Counted from the stretch's first letter, positions 1 through 12,128 are shown. The stretch is DNA of 64,000 bases from Felis catus (GCF_018350175.1 NC_058368.1:209996001-210060000); one strand, 5' to 3'. Numbers and translations are program-made. The notes: generated from the letters alone by a model not told the origin.

Positions 1-459
1 TCTATTTATTTTGTGTATCTGTCAGCAAACTGTGTCCTAAGGTATCAAAAAAGCCTAAGGGAGGTTATTCTTTGGATCTTGGCACTAAAAATTTTCCATA
101 TAAATTAACGATACTTGCTTCTTCACCTTACACCATTTTGGCTTACCAAAGATTTCATGGGAACATTCTACTTTTGGACAGTGGGGGAAACGGGTACATT
201 TAGCCCATTCCTGATGACCGATTCAGTAGGTTCTTATCCATATAATTATAATTATTATGCACACACCTGGGCTAGAAGTACCACCTATGCTCTCCGTCAA
301 GCTGGTCCGGTTTCCATGAATTCCATGAATACTTCCAGAAGGAAGCATTTGATAAGACTGTCTTTTTTCTTCTGGAACAGGAGTTCACTCAAGAAATGAT
401 GATGGAAGTTTACAATTGGAAATGGAAACGATGGAAATGATGATGCCAATTTACAATTG

Positions 460-610
460 ACATAGCACTTTTGCATGCTTTATCGAATTTGATTGCCACA
501 TTGTACGGTTATGACATAGATATTTTTATTCTGTTACCTTATGGATGAAGAGCATGAAGCTCAGAGAGGTTCTATAACCTGCCCAAAGTCCCACAGTTTG
601 TGTGGGAGTA
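460..610 (-). mobile_element. MIR SINE
   Basis: MIR core gaagctcagagaggtt...cctgcccaaagtcccacag. Confidence 0.7.
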
Positions 611-2073
611 GGTGTGGGAGCAGCAATTTGTCTCTAGTCCCATTTAAATAAGTAGATGAGGCAAGAAAATTAACAAAGGAGTATTTGCCCAAGGGATTGG
701 GGTAGCATTGGTGTGGGTCTCCTCTGTGGGTGGAAGGCTCTGTGGGGCTTGGCCAGAGAAGAGGAGGAAACAGTTATGATGCTAGTGTGCTCACTTTTAT
801 TTGTTCCTGGTGCCACTGGTAGCCTTCGGTGGGATGTTGCCATTGAGGTCTCCCACTTCTCTGTCTCCCAGAGTCAACATGACCTAAAACGGCCTACACT
901 CTGCTGTGACCAGACCGAAGGCCACACTGCAAACCTTGACCAAGGACATGGGGAGTCAGGGCTACACAGCTTATTTTTCTTTATACAAAGGCTGCTGGCC
1001 CTTTGAGGACTAGTCCTTGATGTCATTAGCTCCAGTGAATGTGACCAAGTGGACCTACCCGCCCTGACCATAACGACAGTGACATAACAACCACTGACAT
1101 TTCACAACTTGTCAAATGCTCCAGAAGTCAGCAAGCTTTGTGAGAGGTGGACTTCTTTTTCCTGTGGCTCATCATTGGAACCCCCACCAAACAACTGCTA
1201 GATAAGTATTTATTAACTAGAACAGGGACTCTAGCAAGATCCTGTGCTAGGGCCTAACTCACAAGGGTTAAGACCAAGGGATAAGAAGACCCTCTTGTTC
1301 ACATGACTGAGACTGGATTCCATTGGGCCCCGCCTTGTAGTCTTATTCACAGGAGAACAATCACATCAATCCCAGCCCTCGAGGTCCTGGGGGGAAGCAA
1401 AAGGTTCAGAGAATAAAGAGGGGCAGGGGCCTCAACACCCTGCTTGTTATCTGAGCATAATTTGCTTGCTGTTGTAATGAAGAAGAAAACAAGAGGAAGG
1501 GGTGAAGTGTGAATAGGAGCAGGCTGCAGAGTGATCCAAGAGTAGCTGGCTCCCTGGAAGGTTCGATTGTATTGGCCTGTATTTCATTGGCTGCCAACTT
1601 ATTCGGATCCAAAAATGGCATGGGATTGTTGGCACTAGAATCCTCCTTACCACACACTAGGAAATAATCCCAAATAGTTGGAGCAAAATGTGAGGGTGAG
1701 GTTTGGCTAGGTAAGGGGATAGAAGGAACAGAAGGCTGCAGGGCAGTGAAGGAATTCAGAGTCCAGAAGAGACAATATTTGTTTTCCTATCTCTTTCATC
1801 AGTGAAGTCACAGGCCCCTGAGCCGGCATGACAAAGGGAAGAATGAGGGTAGAGGCAGAAAAAGAGAGTGAGAGCAGAAGAAGAAAAAATCTGTAGTAAG
1901 GAAACTGACCCTGAGGAGAGAGGACGTGGCTTGGCTTCTGGGCATGTCTTGAGTGGATATGTGTGTGCACGTGAACACACACACACAATACACACACACC
2001 TACCTCTTTGCCAGCTCCAAGCCTGCAAGTTAGCCAAGAATGAATTTTTAGATTACTCATCTTAACCATCCCC

Positions 2074-2148
2074 TTTTATTTTATTTTGAGTTTTTTTAAG
2101 TTTATTTATTTATTTGGAGAGAGACAGAGACAGCATGAGCAGGGGAGG

Positions 2149-2197
<49 letters not shown>

Positions 2198-2345
2198 AGG
2201 GAGAGAGAGAGAGAGAGAATCCCAAGAAGGGTCTGCAGGGTCAGCACAGTGCCTGACGAGAGACTCGAACTCACAAAGTGTGAGATCATGACTTGAGCCA
2301 AAATCAAGAGTCAGATGCTTAACCGACTGAGCCATCCAGGTGCTT
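2074..2345 (-). mobile_element. SINEC (carnivore tRNA-derived SINE) with (GA)n tract
   Basis: Reverse-complement of the SINEC head (tgcttaaccgactgagccatccaggtgc), CT repeat and poly(T). Confidence 0.95.
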
Positions 2346-3690
2346 CACCATCTTTTAAAGTATAATTAGCATTGGGAACATTTTTTTTGCCTTTATGAGT
2401 CCTTTCCCTTAAACCACATTAATGTATTTGTATCACATTAATAGATAATTTCATGTTTACTTATTTTTTTTTAACCTCACAGCCACACTTCTGACCTCTA
2501 ATTGAACGTAAATACTTTTCATGGGCAGGCAAAGTATCGTTTCATTTATTTCTTACTCCACGCCCCGGAGAACCTGCATGCTCCTCAGCTTAAGTCACGT
2601 GCTTCATAAATGCCTAATTGGTGACATCTTCACAGGAAGGAAAGATTCATGGCTTTCCGGGGCGGTGTCAACCAGTAGCTGGGCTTGGCCAGGGCCCAGT
2701 AGCAGTTCTGCCAGGGTGATTCTTACTCTGTATTCTGGAATGTTCAGCCTACTTTACAGTCACTTGGTCCCACAAGGTTCAGCATCTTTTCTCATGGTGA
2801 ACCTCCCAACCTAGCATGGCTGTAGCTTGGAACCCTGCTATATGACTGGCCTTGAGATATCCTTTCCAGGACCATGTTCTCAGTGACATGGTGTTCTCAC
2901 ACAGTACTTCTGGTACTTTGGCTAATCTGACTTCTTTGGCTGGGGCCCAGTGAGGGCCTCTGTAACCCTGTTTCTGAGCCAAGGAAAGTCATGTTATAGC
3001 AAAGATCTCGTGAAACAAGAATACCCAACTACTCTTTGAAAAGAATTTCAGAAAATTCTGAGTCAAGCTTGCCATCTGCTGAAACTTTTTTTTTTCATCA
3101 GCCCCACCCACATCGATTAATGAGATCCCTAATCCACTCAGAACCTCATGCCAGCCTCCTCTCCATCTCCTTAAGGGAGAGGGAACATTCACCTGCTTGG
3201 AGTTTATACTGCAGAGAATTCCTAAGGAAACCTAACAAAAGGTAAGTGAAAGGAGAGGCTCAGGCAGTTGGATCCTTTCAGACTCACCACTGAAATTCTT
3301 CTAACCCAGGAGACGGCCATATTGGTGCCTCTACAGAGGACATGGAGAGACCAGCGTTGTTGGTTCTGGGAAATGAAAAATCCCAGTGCTGCTGGGAGAA
3401 AGCTGAGTCAGATTGGCTAGAATGCTGCTCCTAAAGATTCTGGCTCAGTAGGGCTGAGGCCCACCTGGGAATCTGATGCAGAAAGTCTATAGACTGTGCT
3501 GTGAGAAACCCAACATTTATAAATCCCAAGGGCAGACGTTGGTCCTCAGCTCCTTCCATCACCCTCACTGCCATCACTACCACCATCTAGGAAATATTTA
3601 TCATCTGATGGCCCAGGTTCGACTCACTGCAAAACTAGCACATTCCTTGCTAGACCACATAAAATTCCAGGGACCCCAGCAGCTGCAGTA

Positions 3691-3778
3691 TACATGTATG
3701 CATGTGCACCTGAAATGCGGTAGTGAGACTGAGGAACTGGAAATTTCATGTTATAGCTTTTTAACTAATTTTAGTTTA
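3691..3778. mobile_element. MER3-like hAT MITE, left part (split by the full-length L1)
   Basis: cacctgaaatgcggtagtgagactgaggaactg resembles the MER3 consensus as recalled, and continues at 9724. Confidence 0.75.
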
Positions 3779-4024
3779 TTTATTTATTTATTTATTTTTT
3801 TAAATGAAATTTATTGACAAATTGGTTTCCATACAACACCCAGTGCTCATCCCAAAAGGTGCCCTCCTCAATACCCATCACCCACCCTCTCCTCCCTCCC
3901 ACCCCCCATCAACCCTCAGTTTGTTCTCAGTTTTTAACAGTCTCTTATGCTTTGGCTCTCTCCCACTCTAACCTTTTTTTTTTTTTTTTTCCTTCCCCTC
4001 CCCCATGGGTTCCTGTTAAGTTTC

Positions 4025-7000
4025 TCAGGATCCACATAAGAGTGAAACCATATGGTATCTGTCTTTCTCTGTATGGCTTATTTCACTTAGCATCACACTC
4101 TCCAGTTCCATCCACGTTGCTACAAAAGGCCATATTTCATTTTTTCTCATTGCCATGTAGTATTCCATTGTGTATATAAACCACAATTTCTTTATCCATT
4201 CATCAGTTGATGGACATTTAGGCTCTTTCCATAATTTGGCTATTGTTGAGAGTGCTGCTATGAACATTGGGGTACAAGTGGCCCTATGCATCAGTACTCC
4301 TGTATCCCTTGGATAAATTCCTAGCAGTGCTATTGCTGGGTCGTAGGGTAGGTCTATTTTTAATTTTCTGAGGAACCTCCACACTGCTTTCCAGAGCGGC
4401 TGCACCAATTTGCATTCCCACCAACAGTGCAAGAGGGTTCCCGTTTCTCCACATCCTCTCCAGCATCTAGAGTCTCCTGATTTGTTCATTTTGGCCACTC
4501 TGACTGGCGTGAGGTGATACCTGAGTGTGGTTTTGATTTGTATTTCCCTGATAAGGAGCGACGCTGAACATCTTTTCATGTGCCTGTTGGCCATCCAGAT
4601 GTCTTCTTTAGAGAAGTGTCTATTCATGTTTTCTGCCCATTTCTTCACTGGGTTATTTGTTTTTCGGGTGGGGAGTTTGGTGAGCTCTTTATAGATTTTG
4701 GATACTAGCCCTTTGTCCGATATGTCATTTGCGAATATCTTTTCCCATTCCGTTGGTTGCCTTTTAGTTTTGTTGGTTGTTTCCTTTGCTGTGCAGAAGC
4801 TTTTTATCTTCATAAGGTCCCAGTAATTCACTTTTGCTTTTAATTCCCTTGCCTTTGGGGATGTGTCAAGTAAGAGATTGCTACGGCTGAGGTCAGAGAG
4901 GTCTTTTCCTGCTTTCTCCTCTAAGGTTTTGATGGTTTCCTGTCTCACATTTAGGTCCTTTATCCATTTTGAGTTTATTTTTGTGAATGGTGTGAGAAAG
5001 TGGTCTAGTTTCAACCTTCTGCATGTTGCTGTCCAGTTCTCCCAGCACCATTTGTTAAAGAGGCTGTCTTTTTTCCATTGGATGTTCTTTCCTGCTTTGT
5101 CAAAGATGAGTTGGCCATACGTTTGTGGGTCTAGTTCTGGGGTTTCTATTCTATTCCATTGGTCTATGTGTCTGTTTTTGTGCCAATACCATGCTGTCTT
5201 GATGATGACAGCTTTGTAGTAGAGGCTAAAGTCTGGGAGTGTGATGCCTCCTGCTTTGGTCTTCTTCTTCAAAATTCCTTTGGCTATTCGGGGCCTTTTG
5301 TGGTTCCATATGAATTTTAGGATTGCTTGTTCTAGTTTCGAGAAGAATGCTGGTGCAATTTTGATTGGGATTGCATTGAATGTGTAGATAGCTTTGGGTA
5401 GTATTGACATTTTGACAATATTTATTTTTCCAATCCATGAGCAGGGAATGTCTTTCCATTTCTTTAAATCTTCTTTAATTTCTTTCATAAGCTTTCTATA
5501 GTTTTCAGCATACAGATCCTTTACATCTTTGGTTAGGTTTATTCCTAGGTATTTTATGCTTCTTGGTGCAATTGTGAATGGGATCAGTTTCTTTATTTGT
5601 CTTTCTGTTGCTTCATTGTTAGTGTATAAGAATGCAACTGATTTCTGTACATTGATTTTGTATCCTGCAACTTTGCTGAATTCCTGCATCAGTTCTAGCA
5701 GACTTTTGGTGGAGTCTATCGGATTTTCCATGTATAATATCATGTCATCTGCAAAAAGTGAAAGCTTGACTTCATCTTTGCCAATTTTGATACCTTTGAT
5801 TTCCTTTTGTTGTCTGATTGCTGATGGTAGAACTTCCAGCACTATGTTAAACAGCAGCAGTGACAGTGGGCATCCTTGTCGTCTTCCTGATCTCAGGGAA
5901 AAAGCTCTAAGTTTTTCCCCATTGAGGATGATGTTAGCTGTGGGCTTTTCATAAATGGCTTTTATGATCTTTAAGTATGTTCCTTCTATCCCAACTTTCT
6001 CAAGGGTTTTTATTAAGAAAGGGTGCTGGATTTTGTCAAAGGCCTTTTCTGCATCGATTGACAGGATCATATGGTTCTTCTCTTTTTTTTTGTTAATGTG
6101 ATGGATCACGTTGATTGATTTGCGAATGTTGAACCAGCCCTGCATCCCAGGAATGAATCCCACTTGATCATGGTGAATAATTCTTTTTATATGCTGTTGA
6201 ATTCGATTTGCTAGTATCTTATTGAGAATTTTTGCATCCATATTCATCAGGGATATTGGACTGTAGTTCTCTTTTTTTACTGGGTCTCTGTCTGGTTTAG
6301 GAATCAAAGTAATACTGGCTTCATAGAATGAGTCTGGAAGTTTTCTTTCCCTTTCTATTTCTTGGAATAGCTTGAGAAGGATAGGTATTATCTCTGCTTT
6401 AAACGTCTGGTAGAACTCCCCTGGGAAGCCATCTGGTCCTGGACTCTTATTTGTTGGGAGATTTTTGATAACCGATTCAATTTCTTTGCTGGTTATGGGT
6501 CTGTTCAAGCTTTCTATTTCCTCCTGATTGAGTTTTGGAAGAGTGTGGGTGTTGAGGAATTTGTCCATTTCTTCCAGGTTGTCCAATTTGTTGGCATATA
6601 ATTTTTCATAGTATTCCCTGATAATTGTTTGTATCTCTGAGGGATTGGTTGTAATAATTCCATTTTCATTCATGATTTTATCTGTTTGGGTCATCTCCCT
6701 TTTCTTTTTGAGAAGCCTGGCTAGAGGTTTGTCAATTTTGTTTATTTTTTCAAAAAACCAACTCTTGGTTTCGTTGATCTGCTCTACAGTTTTTTTAGAT
6801 TCTATATTGTTTATTTCTGCTCTGATCTTTATTATTTCTCTTCTTCTGCTGGGTTTAGGCTGCCTTTGCTGTTCTGCTTCTAGTTCCTTTAAGTGTGCTG
6901 TTAGATTTTGTATTTGGGATTTTTCTTGTTTCTTGAGATAGGCCTGGATTGCAATGTATTTTCCTCTCAGGACTGCCTTCGCTGCGTCCCAAAGCGTTTG

Positions 7001-7849
7001 GATTGTTGTATTTTCATTTTCGTTTGTTTCCATATATTTTTTAATTTCTTCTCTAATTGCCTGGTTGACCCACTCATTCGTTAGTAGGGTGTTCTTTAAC
7101 CTCCATGCTTTTGGAGGTTTTCCAGACTTTTTTCTGTGGTTGATTTCAAGCTTCATAGCATTGTGGTCTGAAAGTATGCATGGTATAATTTCAATTCTTG
7201 TAAACTTATGAAGGACTGTTTTGTGACCCAGTATATGATATATCTTGGAGAATGTTCCATGTGCACTCGAGAAGAAAGTATATTCTGCTGCTTTGGGATG
7301 TAGAGTTCTAAATATATCTGTCAAGTCCATCTGATCCAATGTCTCATTCAGGGCCCTTGTTTCTTTATTGACCGTGTGTCTAGATGATCTATCCATTTCT
7401 GTAAGTGGGGTGTTAAAGTCCCCTGCAATTACCACATTCTTATCAATAAGGTTGCTTATGTTTATGAGTGATTGTTTTATATATTTGGGGGCTCCAGTAT
7501 TCGGCGTATAGACATTTATAATTGTTAGCTCTTCCTGATGGATAGACCCTGTAACTATTATATAATGTCCATCTTCATCTCTTGTTACAGCCTTTAATTT
7601 AAAGTCTAGTTTGTCTGCTATAAGTATGGCTACTCCAGCTTTCTTTTGGCTTCCAGTCGCATGATAAATAGTTCTCTATCCCCTCACTCTCAATCTAAAG
7701 GTGTCCTCAGGTCTAAAATGAGCCTCTTGTAGACAGCAAATAGATGGGTCTTGTTTTTTTATCCATTCTGATACCCTATGTCTTTTGGTTGGCGCATTTC
7801 ATCCATTTACATTCAGTGTTATTATAGAAAGATACGGGTTTAGAGTCAT
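4025..7849 (-). pseudogene. ORF2: LINE-1 ORF2 (APE endonuclease + reverse transcriptase + CCHC), 1274 codons, with two premature stops in the EN domain
   Basis: ATG at 7849 (MTLNPYLSIITLNVNG*NAP). TGA at codon 17 (7799-7801) and TAG at codon 58 (7676-7678). Then open through GDFNTP, SDHN, QGCPLS, LFADD and [18 protein letters not shown] to the stop at 4025. Confidence 0.95.
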
Positions 7850-7899
7850 TGTGATGTCTGTATGTTTTATGCTTGTAGTGATGTCTCTGGGACTTTGTC

Positions 7900-8793
7900 T
7901 CACAGGATCCCCCTTAGGATCTCTTGTAGGGCTGGTTTAGTGGTGACAAATTCCTTCAGTTTTTGTTTGTTTGGGAAGACCTTTATCTCTCCTTCTATTC
8001 TAAATGACAGACTTGCTGGATAAAGGATTCTCAGCTGCATATTTTTTCTGTCTAGCACCCTGAAAATATCGTGCCAATTCTTTCTGGCCTGCCAAGTTTC
8101 AAAAGAGAGATCAGTCACAAGTCTTATCGGTCTCCCTTTATATGTGAGGGCACGTTTACCCCTTGCTGCTTTCAGAATTTTCTCTTTATCCTTGTATTTT
8201 GCCAGTTTCACTATGATATGTCGTGCAGAAGATCGATTCAAGTTACGTCTGAAGGGAGTTCTCTGTGCCTCTTGGATTTCAATGCCTTTTTCCTTCCCCA
8301 GTTCAGGGAAGTTCTCAGCTATTATTTCTTCAAGTACCCCTTCAGCACCTTTCCCTCTTTCTTCCTCCTCTGGGATACCAATTATGCGTATATTATTTCT
8401 TTTTAGTGTATCACTTAGTTCTCTAATTTTCCCCTCATACTCCTGGATTTTTTTATCTCTCTTTTTCTCAGCTTCCTCTTTTTCCATAACTTTATCTTCT
8501 AGTTCACCTATTCTCTCCTCTGCCTCTTCAATCCGAGCTGTCGTCGTTTCCATTTTGTTTTGCATTTCGTTTAAAGCGTTTTTCAGCTCCTCGTGACTGT
8601 TCCTTAGTCCCTTGATCTCTGTAGCAAGAGATTCTCTGCTGTCCTGTATACTGTTTTCAAGCCCAGCGATTAATTTTATGACTATTATTCTAAATTCACT
8701 TTCTGTTATATTATTTAAATCCTTTTTGATCAGCTCATTAGCTGTTGTTATTTCCTGGAGATTCTTCTGAGGGGAATTCTTCCGCTTGGTCAT
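7900..8793 (-). CDS. ORF1: LINE-1 ORF1p (RNA-binding chaperone: coiled coil, RRM, CTD), 297 aa, intact
   Basis: Open frame from MTKRKNSPQK. Coiled-coil region, then RRM motifs KRNNIRIIGIPEEEE, ARHIIVKL, YPASLSF and LKEFVTTKPALQEIL typical of mammalian L1 ORF1p. The ORF track starts 13 codons upstream at a non-ATG codon. Confidence 0.95.
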   Translation of the reverse strand: MTKRKNSPQKNLQEITTANELIKKDLNNITESEFRIIVIKLIAGLENSIQDSRESLATEIKGLRNSHEELKNALNEMQNKMETTTARIEEAEERIGELEDKVMEKEEAEKKRDKKIQEYEGKIRELSDTLKRNNIRIIGIPEEEERGKGAEGVLEEIIAENFPELGKEKGIEIQEAQRTPFRRNLNRSSARHIIVKLAKYKDKEKILKAARGKRALTYKGRPIRLVTDLSFETWQARKNWHDIFRVLDRKNMQLRILYPASLSFRIEGEIKVFPNKQKLKEFVTTKPALQEILRGIL

Positions 8794-9723
8794 TTTGGAT
8801 AGTCCCTGGCATGGTGAGGACCTGCAGGGCACTTCCCCTGTGCTGTGGTGTATAACTGGAGTCGGTGGGCGGGGCCGCAGTCAGACCTGATGTCTGCCCC
8901 CAGCCCACCGCTGGGGCCACAGTCAGACTGGTGTGTGCCTTCTCTTCCCCTCTCCTAGGGGCGGGATTCACTGTGGGGTGGGGTGGCCCGTCTGGGCTAC
9001 TTGCACACTGCCAGGCTTGTGATGCTGGGGATCTGGTGTATTAGCTGGGGTGGGTAGGCAAGGTGCACGGGGGCAGGAGGGGCAGGCTTAGATCGCTTCT
9101 CCTTAGGTGATCCTCTTCAGGAGGGGCCCTGTGGCAGCGGGAGGGAGTCAGATCCGCTGCCGGAGGTTTGGCTTCGCAGAAGCACAGAGTTGGGTGTTTG
9201 CGCGGAGCGAGCAAGTTCCCTGGCAGGAACTGGTTCTCTTTGGGATTTTGGCTGGGGGATGGGCGAGGGAGATGGCGCTGGCGAGCGCCTTTGTTCCCCA
9301 CCAAACTGAGCTCTGTTGTCAGGGGGCTCAGCAGCTCTCCCTCCCTTTGTCCTCCAGCCTTCCCGCTTTCCGAGCAGAGCTGTTCACTTATGACCTCCCA
9401 GACGCTAAGTCGCGCTTGTTGTGGGAACACAGTCCGTCAGGCCCCTCCGCTTTTGCCAGCCAGACTCGGGGGCTCTGCTTGGCCAGCGAGCCGCCCCTCC
9501 GCCCCGGCTCCCTCCCGCCAGTCCGTGGAGCGCGCACCGCCTCGCCGCCCTTCCTACCCTCTTCCGTGGGCCTCTTGTCTGCGTTTGGCTCCGGCGACTC
9601 CGTTCTGCTAATCCTCTGGCGGTTTTCTGGGTTATTTAGGCAGGTGTAGGTGGAATCTAAGTGATCAGCAGGACGTTCGGTGAGCCCAGCGTCCTCCTAA
9701 GCCACCATCTTGCCTCCAATTTC
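8794..9723 (-). promoter_or_regulatory. L1 5'UTR internal Pol II promoter / CpG-rich region
   Basis: GC/CpG-dense segment upstream of ORF1. YY1-like site CAAGATGGTGGC on the minus strand at 9701-9712, near the element 5' end. Confidence 0.8.
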
Positions 9724-9795
9724 TAACTAATTTTAGTTTAAATGTAAATAGCTACATGAGTGCAGTGTCTACCATGTTACATAGGGCAGAATTAG
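9724..9795. mobile_element. MER3-like hAT MITE, right part
   Basis: ttaaatgtaaatagctacatgagtgcagtgtctaccatgttacatagggcag resembles the MER3 end as recalled. Confidence 0.75.
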
Positions 9796-10149
9796 AGGCA
9801 GGGAGGAAGAACCTGATCAGCTCCTGGCTTTGGATCAGATCACTGTTTCCAAAATCAACCCATTGGAAAGTACCAAGTCTAACAGCTGGGAGAATCTGGA
9901 CATACTTAGACTAACTTGGATGATATGTGCGAATTGACCATTTCTCCCACCCCTCCCAGTACACAGCATGGTATGACCTTGATGATCACCAACCTCCTTC
10001 CACTCATGGAGGTCCTATACTGGAAGGGTTGTGTTGCCTTTTTCAGTAATCCTAGGAGATCAAGGATGGGACTTTGTGCTACTGAGAATGGGGAAAATTG
10101 AGGGTGATAATGAAGCCAACCCTTTGGGCTACTATAGCTGAATTGTTTG

Positions 10150-10330
10150 ACCAAACCCCAGCAGTGTGGTATAGTAGGGAAGGGTCTGGGCCCCAAAGCC
10201 GGAAGCCTGGGTTGAACCTTACCTCTGCCACTTGACATCTGCATAACCTTGACCAAATTACTCCTTAAACTTCAGTTTCTTCATCTGTAGAATGGGAATG
10301 ATAACAATAGTTCCAACTTCATGAAGTTGC
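10150..10330 (+). mobile_element. MIR SINE
   Basis: MIR core cttcagtttcttcatctgtagaatgggaatgataac. Confidence 0.7.
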
Positions 10331-10339
10331 AAAAGTTTA

Positions 10340-11090
10340 GCAGTTCTTATATTCTTTAGTCTTCTGACCCTTTTCCACTCTGAAAAACTGATGACAACCC
10401 CCCCCCCCAAAAGGACAGTTTTTGAGTTAAATCTCTACATAGTATTAGAAATAGAAATAAGAACATTAAAACATATTAATTTATTTAAATATAAAACCAT
10501 TACATATTAGCATAACTTATTTTTGTGTTATTTTCCTAAACAAAAGTAGTGAAAAGTGTGACATTGTTTTACATTTTTGCAGATCTCTTTCATGTCTGGC
10601 TTAAGAGAAAACAGCTAGGTTCTTACCTCTCTGCTTCTGTGTTCCTTCTGTGGAATGGTTATGTTATGTTTACACTGTGTTGTTTTGGTCAAAGTATATG
10701 GTGAAAATTTGGCCTCACTCGGGTTTTTAATTGGAAAAGAGAGAAGTATTTTTATAGTGTTTTCAGATAATTGTGGGGTTTTTCCTTTGCTACGTAAAAC
10801 TTGAAAATCGAATGGTTTTTAAAGATTAATTGCAATGTGGAATCTGAAACCGTCAATAAACTTTCCATATTTTTCACACTAAAATCTATTGTTTTAGCAT
10901 GTACTTTTAATGCATCTTTTACCCATGAGTAATTTCGTAATATCATGAATTAGTCACTTGGGAAATATTGTTTCATTAAGTTATGCTGATTTTCCAAATG
11001 TTATATTTTATTATGCAATATCAAAAAAGCATAGTTGATAATCTCACCTCCAATATCATCAGAAGTTTTTAAGTATTGGCAATCTTCTAG
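10340..11090 (-). mobile_element. hAT-Charlie1-like DNA transposon remnant
   Basis: Minus-strand translation WVKDALKV...VSDSTLQLIFK (10752-10946) resembles Charlie1 transposase; flanking sequence resembles the Charlie1 end as recalled. Confidence 0.8.
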
Positions 11091-11182
11091 GACAGTAGTG
11101 TTTGCATTCCTCTTGTGGCCCACAGATCTTAGGTTTATCCAAAGAGTAAAACAAGACAAAGATGGCAATTAATGACATTGTA

Positions 11183-11381
11183 TTTTTTTTTTAAGTTTAT
11201 TTATTTATTTTGAGAGAGAGAGTGAGTAAAAGTGGGAGGGGCAGAGAGGAGAGACGGAATCCCAAGCAGACTGCACCAGTGCAGGGCCTGATGCAGGGCT
11301 TGAACTCACTGACTGTGAGATCGTGACCTGGGCTGAGATCAAGAATCAGACACTTAACCAACTGTGCCATCCAGGCACCCC
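11183..11381 (-). mobile_element. SINEC
   Basis: Poly(T) tail and SINEC head cacttaaccaactgtgccatccaggcacccc. Confidence 0.93.
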
Positions 11382-11384
11382 TAG

Positions 11385-11655
11385 GGTTTTTTGTTTTTGT
11401 TTTTTTAATCTCTCTCTGATTGTTGTTTTTTCCAGTAATTAATTTTGTTATATTTGGTATGTTTACATTTTGAAAAACCTTATGGGAAGATTGTCCATTT
11501 TTTATTCAGTAACCCGGGATGTTGGAGTACATACTTCTGTCATTTCTATACAGTCCAGAGATGAAGGATTCAATGAAGAATAATCGGATTTATTATAGAG
11601 GATATCTTGGCACATAGTTAGAATGCTTTTGACTTCCATGTAGAAAAAGAAGTAA
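11385..11655 (-). mobile_element. Ancient L1M ORF2 (EN region) fragment
   Basis: Minus strand atagaaatgacagaagtatgtactccaac...aatcagagagagattaaaaaa aligns by eye to the L1 IEIIQSMFSDH...EEI region. Confidence 0.5.
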
Positions 11656-11661
11656 GATGAT

Positions 11662-12128
11662 TTGTTCAGTAGCTAGGTAAGTGCTATGCCCAAAACTTTA
11701 GGCATAACAAATCACCTCAGATCTAAGTGGCTTAGTACAAGGAAAGCATTTCTCATTTCTTGTGCTTTCTGTAGGTCAGGAATTTGGGAATTGCGCAGCT
11801 GGGCAGTTCTGGCTAGGGGGCTGTATAAGGTTTCAGTCAGACGCTGGCTTTCAGCAGGAGGCCCCAGTCCTTCACCATGCAGACTTCTCCATAAGGCTCC
11901 TTGAGTGTCCTGATACATGCTGACTGGCTTCCCCCAGAGCAAGTGACCCAAAAGAGGGTAAGACAGAAACCACATGTCTTTTATGCCATAGCCTCAGAAG
12001 TCACATGTCATTTCTGCAATATCCTGTTGGTTATACAGATCAGCCCTTTTTAATGTAGAAGAGACTCTACAAGGGTGTGAATATGAGGAGAGAATTGTTG
12101 GGGGCCATTTTTGAGGCTGACTATCACA
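11662..12128 (-). mobile_element. MaLR solo LTR (MLT1F-like)
   Basis: MLT1-type motifs ataacaaatcac...agtggctta, ggtcaggaatttggg, tggcttcccccagagcaagtgaccc, and terminal ...ctatcaca. Confidence 0.8.

Larger units (their letters stand above)
3779..9723 (-). mobile_element. Full-length LINE-1 (young felid L1), about 5.9 kb
   Basis: CpG-rich 5'UTR, ORF1, 50-nt spacer, ORF2, 3'UTR, AATAAA (tttatt 3810-3815) and (TAAA)n tail. Perfect 17-bp TSD taactaattttagttta at 3762-3778 and 9724-9740. Confidence 0.98.

Noticed and set aside
2102..2335. ORFs such as MAQSVKHLT... and ERERE/SLSLS peptides, recurring at other SINEs
   Set aside because: Translations of SINEC sequence and dinucleotide repeats.
4025..7435. 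1136-aa ORF as an intact, active ORF2
   Set aside because: The true start is at 7849. The track starts at an internal GTG after two nonsense codons, so the element is not canonically retrotransposition-competent.
4863..8596. Plus-strand ORFs antisense to L1 ORF1/ORF2
   Set aside because: Shadow frames of the L1 coding strand.
11385..11655. Possible processed pseudogene or transduced mRNA end (MEVKSILTMCQDIL... plus an A-rich tail)
   Set aside because: Better explained as a decayed L1 EN-region fragment; no TSD found.
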